A stretch of 63,933 bases of DNA, filler included, from Kipferlia bialata (lineage: Eukaryota): assembly GCA_003568945.1 (NCBI GenBank). It is 6 parts of 6 records of this genome, joined end to end, with 100 filler letters (N's around TTAATTAATTAA, not from the genome) between each part and the next. Parts side by side here need not be neighbours in the genome. Positions count along the whole stretch, not along the records: positions 47,639 to 59,430 come from BDIP01001184.1; positions 59,531 to 63,933 come from BDIP01001217.1; 4 more parts are not named here. One strand, given 5' to 3'. This document shows positions 55,456-63,933 of the stretch, piece by piece. The notes under the pieces were generated by a model. The model saw nothing but the letters and a program-made list of their open reading frames with translations, was not told where the DNA came from and did no database searches. The position numbers and the translations under genes are program-made. The first letter of the stretch is position 1; the number at the start of each line of letters is the position of its first letter.

Positions 55456-56213
55456 ACAGAGAGGGAGAGAGAGAGAGAGAGAGGGAGCATCCCGATTGGC
55501 ATAGTCCATGACAAAGAACAGGGCGTCCTAGGTGTTAATAGAGTCATATACATAGTATATGTATATACTTATACTTAGAGAGAGAGAATCCTCATTGGCA
55601 CAGTCCATCACAAAGAACAGAGCATCCTAGGCATTAATAGAGTGATATACATAAAGATAGAGAGAGAGACAGAGACAGAGAGAGAGAGAAGTCACCCCCG
55701 TTGGCATAGTCCATGACAAAGAACAGGGCGTCCTGAGTATAAGAGAAGTAAATATATACATATATATATAGAGAGAGAGAAAGAGTATCCCCGTTGGCAT
55801 AGTCCATGACAAAGAACAGAGCATCCTAGGCATTAGAAGGATATATATATATAGAGAGAGAGAGAGAGAATCCCCGTTGGCATAGTCCATGACAAAGAAC
55901 AGGGCATCCTTGGTATTAATAGAGTGATAAACATAAAGATAGAGAGAGAGACAGAGAGAGAGAGAGAGAACCCCCATTGGCATAGTCCATCACAAAGAAC
56001 AGGGCGTCCTGAGTATAAGTACATACATAGAGATAGAGAGAGAGAGAGAGAAATAGAGAGAGAGAGAGAGAGAGAAAGAGGTATCCCAGTCTGATGACAA
56101 CATAAATACATGTATCCATAGAGAGAGGTATATATATGTATATATACCTAGATCTAAGTACCTCTGTCTGGAATGCATAGTACAGTCTGATCACAACATA
56201 AATACATATATCC

Positions 56214-56250
<37 letters not shown>

Positions 56251-57744
56251 TAAATACATGTAAATATACATAGATATATAGAAAGGTAATCCCATCCTAA
56301 CGAAATAGGGCGATACCTCTGTCTGGAATGCATAGTGCAGTCTGATCACGGCCTTGCTCCGAGGGTCCTTGCCATCTGCCACTGGCGGTGAGATGATATT
56401 CTCTCTCTCTCTCTCTCTATTTATCTCTCTCTCCCCATATCTATCTATGTACTCCTGACCAAGTAATGCCGCCCTCTCCGCCCTTATCCACTACCCTATC
56501 TCTCTCTCTCTATATATATAATCATTTATATAGTAGCATCTTTACTTGCCTAACAGTGCCGCCCTCTCTGCCCTCATCCGCCTCTGTGGGTTGGGTCCAG
56601 TCACAAGCTCCTTGTTGATGACCTAGCATTAGAATCAACGTGTAGTTCGTAGTTATTAGGTAAGAGAGTATTGGTAAACAATAGCACAGTTGCAAGAGTA
56701 CAAACCTTCATGGCATAGAGCTGTCCGTTGGTCTTGCTCCTCACCAGGTACACCTCGCTGAACCCTGATGATAAGTACACACTCTATTTACATGGTAGTA
56801 TATGTGGACACTGTATGGGTGTCAGTAACATAGATGAATATTGACACACTATATGGGCTGTACCTCCTCTGCTTAATAGCTTGATCTGCTCAAAGTCATC
56901 CTGTGAGACTGTATGTATAGAGAAAACAAATATGCATTTAATACATGCACTATATATATAATACGCCATACCTCCTCTGCTTAATAGCTTGATCTGTTCA
57001 AAGTCATCCTGCGAGACCCCTGCCCTCTTGGACCTCAGCAGAAGGGTCTCTCTGGGGGTAAACTATATATAGTAGTATGATGGTAGACATATGATATGGT
57101 GGAGTCTCAGCAGTAGGATTTCCCTATAGGTTAAGAGGTGCGTACGTGTTGGGGGTAGGCATATATCGATACGTTGGTATATATACATACCTGGCCTTGA
57201 GTGCATCCAGTGCATCCTGGTGTTCCTCATATATATATATGAATATATATATATATATCTAACCAGCGATAGTACATATACATAGCATATACATAGCATA
57301 TATACATATATATACATATACATACATATACATACCTGGCCTTGAGTGCATCCAGTGCATCCTGCTGTTCCTCACCCTCGAAGCCAGACAGGACATCGTG
57401 TCTCCTGGGGTTAGATGGATAAGTATCCGTAGTATATCATTGGAAATAGTAACACGAGAGACTCCAAGCTCATACATATCCAGACATGACATCGTGTCTC
57501 CTAGGGTGAACAAAAGAATCTGACAATGATTCCATTCATTAGAGATGTACAAATAGCATTACTACACACCTGGCTCGCCGTGCGTATAGATACCGGTTCA
57601 TCTCCAGGTAGTACTGGCCCATATAGCACTCTGACAGTAAGGATCGGGAGAGGAGACAGGGTGTGTACTGAAGTCTTGCATATCCCGTAAGCATAACCTC
57701 TCACCTAGACTCTCCACTGCCGCCAGCACCTTCTCCTTGACCTT

Positions 57745-57790
<46 letters not shown>

Positions 57791-59032
57791 CCATATCCTC
57801 TCACCTAGACTCTCCACTGCTGCCAGCACCTTCTCCTTGATCTCACCCCATCTGGCAGCATCCACACCTGGGGTCAGAGTAATATTATGTATATATATAT
57901 ATATATATATGCATTGACTTCTATACACTGAATATATAAAATAAAGATCTAGAGCTCCATCTGGCAGCATCCACACCTGGAGTGAGAGAGTATGGTATAC
58001 AAAGGTGTGTATAGTATACTACTTGGGGAGTGAAAATAATTGTCAGGAACTACTCTATGTCAGATACAGAGAGCCTAGCTCCAATATATACATATATATG
58101 TGAAGAAGATATATACAGTGAAGAGAAAGGGGAGTGAAAGAGAGTACCTAGTGAGTCCAGGTCTATCTGATCCTGAACACATATATATGTATATATATAT
58201 ATGTGTGTATATATATATAGAGAGAGAGGTAGAGAGAGTAGTACCTAGTGAGCCGACGTCCATCTGATCCTGACCACATATATGTGTATGTGTATATATA
58301 GAGAGAGAATGAGAGACAGAGAGAGAGAGGGAGAGAGTAGTACCTAGTGAGTCCAGGTCTATCTGCTCCTGGGCCTCTGTGTATGTATGTATATATATAC
58401 ATATATATATAAATACAGAGAGAGAGAGAGAGAGAGTAGTAGCAGTATACCTAGTGAGTCCAGATCAATCTGCTCCTGCGCCTCTGTCTGGGTGCCGAGG
58501 ATCTGTGGTGAGACGCATATATAGTAGAATGGATATGGGAAGTTGTGGATAAGAACCTGAGGTCATAGAATGTCTGGGTGCCAAGGATCTGTGGTGAGAG
58601 TGTATGGGGGCATAGAGTATTAAGGATACATACACACATAGCATATCCTATATACATAGTACATAGGATATGGGTAGTAGAGTAGGTAGTTGGCTGTGGA
58701 TGGGTCATGTATGTATACCTTCAACACATGCCACATAACCCACATCATAATCCTAGATACATGCACACATGATACTCCTGTACACATACAGAGTGAATAA
58801 GAAGGTGGAACAATATGGGGTATATAGATGGTCATCATGATACAGTGGTATATCCAGGTCAATGTGTACTCACCGTCACATCGATCCAGTCATCACTGTT
58901 CGCACTGCCAGGCCTCTCCTCTCCCGCTACCTCTCTCCCTCCCTCCATCCCGTCCTCCCTCTCACAACCTCTCCCTTCCCTCTCTTCATTGACTGGACTA
59001 GCCCCATCAACCCCTTCATAGTCCTCACTCAT
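51278..59032 (-). CDS. AGC Ser/Thr kinase, NDR/Dbf2-Sid2-like
   Basis: Probable ATG at 59032 (MSEDYEG..). The N-terminal regulatory-like segment reads YMGQYYLEMNRYLYARRAR..ARETLLLRSKRAGVSQDDF. The catalytic core reads IKLLSRGGFSEVYLV..YAMKVI, RAERAAL, LHYAFQT, FFVMDYANGGDF, ARLYFAEMV, HRDIKPSNFL, LADFGLAK, insert, AYSVVGTPAYMAPEV, VDFWSLGCILFEMVAGYAPF, DRLG. The AGC tail is PYFVPQLENDLDTTYF. I found no hydrophobic-motif exon and no stop. Confidence 0.92.
55490..56010 (-). repeat. Acceptor-side exon-echo array in the kinase, 6 copies of DALFFVMDYAN separated by (GA)n/(TA)n
   Basis: On the + strand ttggca(t/c)agtccat(g/c)acaaagaacag(g/a)gc(g/a)tcct recurs six times upstream (in transcript sense) of the full exon at about 55302-55393. 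Confidence 0.92.
56382..56549 (-). other. GC-AG intron in the kinase gene
   Basis: The exon ends ..CTG TTA G|GCAAGT and the next exon (TG GCA GAT..) needs phase 1. The nearby GT donor gives the wrong frame. Confidence 0.75.
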
Positions 59033-59430
59033 CACAAGCCGACACCCACTCTCCAAGCAGCGGCTACTAGCCCCCCTGCTCAGGTGGATCCGGTGCTAAC
59101 TCTCTGTAGTACTGTAGTGGAGTGGTCAAGAGAGTGGCAGGTCCTGATACTTCTGTAACTGGGTGTACTCCGCTAGGACCCCAGGGGAGACCCCTACGAC
59201 AACCTCAGGAGTGCGCAAGCACCAGGGTGCTTTGTTACAAGCACACTACTCCCACAGAGAGCGTTGCAGTCAGGGGTAGGCTCTAAACAGATGGTGACAT
59301 AGGCCTAGAGATGCAAGTGTTTTTGTCTTGACAGGTCGAAAGGGTGTAGCGTCGAGTCACATCGATTCGGATCAGTTTGCATTGCCAACCACAAGACATC
59401 AACCCTGTACCTCAGGGACATCAGGCGTCG

Positions 59431-59530
59431 NNNNNNNNNNNNNNNNNNNNNNNNNNNNNNNNNNNNNNNNNNNNTTAATTAATTAANNNNNNNNNNNNNN
59501 NNNNNNNNNNNNNNNNNNNNNNNNNNNNNN
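59431..59530. other. Artificial contig-joining linker
   Basis: Same 100-bp structure. Confidence 0.97.
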
Positions 59531-59585
<55 letters not shown>

Positions 59586-59616
59586 TCTTGGGTTACTTAA
59601 TGTTCTAACCCCCCAG

Positions 59617-62512
59617 GAGGAGACTGCCCTTGCCCACTCTGTGGTGGAGTCATTGGAGCATGAACTGGAGGGGGTGCTCAGGAGGGTAGGGGTGGCAGCA
59701 ACACAGGTATGATCTTACAGATGCATGTCTCTCTTTCAACTTCTATGTCGGGACAGGGCGTGGCGGCAACACAAAGATCTTTATTGTGTGTTGTTGTGTA
59801 TGAATATGCTCCGTCACCCTTCTCCTACCCCCAGGCCCAGGCAGCTGAGGCCAGGTCGGCTGACATCAGAGCCCAGATGGCATATGACAGGTATGGTGTA
59901 TGGAGTATATACATATATGTGTATATATATCTTCTGTATATTTGAAATGAACATGACAGCCTGAACATGGTAGGCCACATCCACAACTATCCATCTATCA
60001 ATACACTCCACCTATGTCTCTTTATGAATATGTATATACATACCTCTCACCCCCAGGCGTGTCCTCTCCACCCAGGCTATGGCAGGGGAGGATGGGATGG
60101 GGCAGGCAAGGTGGGTATGGGTATACATAGACAGACACACACACATATATATATATATGTGTGTGTGTGTGCGGATATGTGAGTTGAGTACCAGAGGCCC
60201 TGACTCAGTGTGTATATGTTCGTATAGAGTATATAGATATCTTATGCCCAGGCGTGCCCTCGAGGCTCTGTCTGCCTCTGCTGAGGAGAGAGAGAGAGAG
60301 ACCAGGGCCATAGCTGCAGCAGTGGGGGAGCAGACCAATCAGTGGCAGATGGAGAGAGAGGAGCTCAGGATAAAGCTGGTGAGCAAGGGATATATATATA
60401 TATATATGTGTGTGTGTGTATGCTCTACTGTTAGTGTATAATAGTATTGTGTATACCAGTGGCAGATGGAGAGGGAGGAACTGAGGATAAAGCTGGGGAG
60501 TGTATTCTTATTGTTCATTGTGCAAACATACATTATTGGTTATGAAGTATACATGCTTATCCTGACCCCAGGCCGAGACCCAGACCCTTCTTGATGCCGC
60601 CAACACCACCAACAGGGACCTGGGGGCAGCCATGCTAAAGGCGAGGTATGGGACATACACATATACATATGTATATATATATATATATTATATACATATA
60701 CATCCATCTACTAGTTATGGGGACCTGGGGGCAGCCATGCTCAAGGCAAGGTATGGGATATGAATAGATGGGTAGGATGCTTGATAAATCAAGACAATCG
60801 TCCTTGTATTGAAGGCGAGGTATGTGTAGATTCACGTCTCTGATGTATTAAAGTGCCACGTATTGATGTGTATAATACTATCGCTCTGCTCACCCCCAGA
60901 CAACTGGTCGAAGCAGCAGTGACTGCAGAGGTACAGGCCAGACAGGTACGGGTGCATATGAGTAGTATGTCTTATGGACATGTACATGTGTATAGTATAG
61001 TGATTATACAGCATACCTCTCACCAACAGGGTGCCGAACGTGTTGCCGTTGCCCTTGCCAAGGCCAGGAAGGAGACAGCTCTCTGGCGGGACAGGACTAC
61101 ATTACTAGCTAGGTATGAGTTATGTAGGCTATTATTATTACTGTTCATTCCTGCGATGTATTTAGTGTGTGCTCTTACGCCACAGGTCCCGACCCAGCGG
61201 TGTGTGTCACGATGCATGGTGTCAGACAGAGGGTGACACACCTGGGGGCAGCCCTACCAATGGCACCCCTAACACTGATACATACAGTGTGGGTGTGGGC
61301 ACTGACCCCGTGTACCCTGTGCACAGGTGGACAGAGACAGACCCAGTGATCACAATATCAAGGCAGACAGGTATATAGCGAGTAATCTGCTAGTAAACCA
61401 AAGCCTTATAGGTTATGGAGATATATATGGACCAATGTACAGAGACAGACCCAGTGATTACAATATCTAGACAGACAGTGTGTTACTGTAGATGCAGACA
61501 CTCTACCAGTGTGTATTTGTATTTGTATATCATTGATTGAACACAGTACACACAATCATTCTGTCCATACTCACCACAGGCGATGACCGCGAGATTGACA
61601 TCTCCACCCCCTATACACTATGTATATACGTATATATGGACAGAGTACTTAGTGACTCTATCTGTCTGCTTCTATACATAGTCTACCCTTAGGCGATGAC
61701 CGTGAGGTTGACATCTCCACCCCCTATGTAGAAGGGGGTATGTCACCCAGGGAGAGGGAGAGAGAGATGGACATGCTGGCCCAGGACAACAGAGAGCTGG
61801 CAGAGGAGAACAAGACACTGGCGGTGAAGGTAGGAATACATGTACTCACACTTATGATGTACATATGTCATGTATGTGGGTATTCTACTTATATTTACCC
61901 CAAGGTCAGCGAGGCCCGTGCCGATACTATGTATAGACATCTATCTGTGTATCTATATATGTCTATTTAAGTATGAATATGTGTATATATGTATACAATC
62001 ATACCCACCCCCAGGTCAGCGAGGCCCGTGCCGATGCGAGGGATGCCGAGGACATCTACAAGGAGAGAGAGGCCGACATATCGGAGCTGGAGCACAGAAA
62101 CACAAAGCTGGAGGTAGGGCGCACATGTTCAGTATATATATGTATATATATATGTATGTGTGTGTGTGTGTGTGTGTATGTGTGTGAATGACCCCAGGCT
62201 GCAGTGGAGGCCACTGTGTCCGAGCTCTCCTCTGCCAAGGCCAGGATCCTCTCTCTCTCAGCCAGGGAGAGAGAGAGAGACGCCAGGGAGAAGGAGGCTG
62301 TTGCAGCGGTGGAGAGGGAGAGAGAGGCGCTCACCAGGGAGAGAGAGAGGGCAGAGCGGGCCGAGAAGGCCGTGGAGACCTTAAGGCTAGAGCAGCAGAG
62401 GCTCTTTGCGGCCTATGAGAGGGAGAGAGGCCTTGCCCAGCAGTACAAGCAGAGGGGAGACAGGCTCAAGGAACTCAGGCTGAAGGAGATTGCTGAGATG
62501 GAGATAACGTAG
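59617..62512 (+). CDS. Long coiled-coil protein, 5' truncated
   Basis: Eleven phase-consistent exons run from EETALAHSVVESLEHELE.. through QWQMEREELRIKL, LAQDNRELAEENKTLAVK and ISELEHRNTKLE to ..RLKEIAEMEIT* (TAG ends 62512). Confidence 0.8.
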
Positions 62513-62930
62513 CGACTTGATACTGACAAGATACTGGGTTAGGGAGAATGGGTGGTGTGCTGCTGGAGATAGCAGAGGTGGAGATTACCTAGAGAGAGGG
62601 TTGCTAGGGAAAGAGTTGGTGTTCTCATGGTTTTCTGTCTCGTGTGTGCTTGGAGTTGTTTGTATTGTGTATTGTATAGTGAGTATCCCGAGTTCTGTTG
62701 TATGTTTCGAAGTGCTTTTAGCATAAATTCGCGTTGTGTACCAGTGTGAGATGTAGACACACCACATCTTTGGTCAAGGTGAAGTATTGGTATAGGTGAC
62801 AAGCATCTATATCACTGTTGACAACCGAGTGGAAACGGCCAGCATTTTTTCATATTCGACTCTAATCAATCATCAGTCGATCGATCCTCTCTCGTCAACC
62901 CTGACTCAACGCTCTAAGGAGGCGTAGTGA

Positions 62931-63703
62931 ATGAACACACTGCTGGTATGTGGCATCTAAGTGTGTATATGCAGTGTGTTGACTGTATCTGACCCCCAGA
63001 GTGTTGTGCTTGTGTGTCTGGTGGGTCTGACCCTGGCCCACCCTGTGGATGAGGGCATGGACGATAGGTGCAGTGTATACGGTCCAGCTCTGGACCAGGG
63101 GGACACGGGGATGGTCATGACGGTGAGTGTGTATGTGTAGCATACACTATATATCTGTTAGGGAACACTAGGAGGCTGGGGCCACATATTGTGTGCACAT
63201 GACACTCTCTATACAGCTGATACGATAACCACACTGTGCCAATCTATGCACCCAGTGGTTTCCATATACATGACTGTTACTATTCCATAGTATGTATCCT
63301 AGCCCTATAATGCCCTATACCGGGTAGAGTGCCTATTCACCCAGTAGTCTCGCAGATGATTCAGCGTTTGAGTCGTATACGATGCCAGTCAAATACCACT
63401 ATGCCCTCTCTCTGTCTCTATCCAACTCGTATACATGCGTATGACTGTCTTTGTGACTAGTGGGTCCCTGTGAGGTTGGCTATTTTCTGTATATGTGCAT
63501 ATTTGAAGCATATTTGAAGCATGTATGTATCACTTGTCATGTAGTCTACCTCTCTCTGTCTCTCTCTCTCTGTCTCTCTCTCTCTTCTAACTCCCAGTAC
63601 TCCATCGAGGCCCTCAACCACCTCATCTCTGGCTTCATGCCCTTCTTCCAGGAGTCCCTCTACCTGTTCACAGTCCCAGACATGGACGGGTCAGTGGACT
63701 TAG
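62931..63703 (+). CDS. Secreted protein, BPI/LBP/CETP-like N-terminus (tentative); 3' truncated
   Basis: MNTLL|SVVLVCLVGLTLAHPVDEG (signal-peptide-like)..DTGMVMT|YSIEALNHLISGFMPFFQESLYLFTVPDMDGSVDL. The spacing G-hhh-T/S-xx-(G/A)L ... L-xx-h-x-h-PD matches the start of the BPI/LBP N-terminal domain. Confidence 0.55.
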
Positions 63704-63889
63704 GTGAGTATACTCCTATACCTTCTCGTCAACTTGATATACAACACTATCAGTTGACCGGTGTATGTACTATTTCACTATGTATATCTGTTTACTTGTA
63801 TGAAAGTGAGGGTGTGTGTAATACTACTTTCTCAGGGAGAGACCTGCTTATGGTCTCTCTCTCTCTCTCTCCCTCTCTCTATCTCTCTC

Positions 63890-63921
<32 letters not shown>

Positions 63922-63933
63922 TTCTCCCCTCTC

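Noticed and set aside
55290..56010. Repeat-spacer arrays that look CRISPR-like (also 24312-24860 and 2329-2850)
   Set aside because: The repeats are kinase, annexin or other exon fragments with splice sites. The spacers are related low-complexity intron sequence, there are no cas genes, and the context is eukaryotic.
405..63143. Most ORFs in the supplied six-frame track (YIYIYI, SLSLSL, VCVC-rich)
   Set aside because: They are translations of intronic microsatellites that sometimes overlap a true exon. Real genes appear only after splicing.

Overview
This is intron-dense eukaryotic DNA. It is six unrelated contigs joined by artificial 100-bp linkers (44 N + TTAATTAATTAA + 44 N) and sorted by length (11815, 11812, 11807, 11804, 11792 bp, then a 4.4-kb remainder). 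Almost none of the supplied ORFs are real genes. The real genes are chains of short GC-rich exons (mostly 30-130 nt) separated by TA/GA-microsatellite-rich GT-AG introns. The branch point sits directly against the 3' splice site (YTNAY...YAG, branch A at about -7 to -9), a metamonad/fornicate-type feature; an intron-rich Kipferlia-like fornicate is my inference. Manual splicing recovers about 13 gene units: an R/E-rich coiled-coil protein, an FG-GAP beta-propeller, an equilibrative nucleoside transporter, an annexin, a lesioned beta-propeller gene, a PH-like C-terminus, an unknown protein, a polytopic membrane protein, a TM-anchored protein, an NDR/Dbf2-type AGC kinase abutting an arylsulfotransferase-like domain, a coiled-coil protein and a BPI/LBP-like secreted protein. 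The standout feature is a pervasive 'exon echo' architecture. Introns carry up to six partial copies of the neighbouring exon with its splice site: acceptor + 5' part upstream, 3' part + donor downstream. These copies differ from the true exon mostly at synonymous positions, including Ser TCN<->AGY and Arg AGG<->CGC. One intron holds a copy of its own spliced exon-exon junction, and two exons exist only as overlapping half-copies, consistent with intron gain by duplication.
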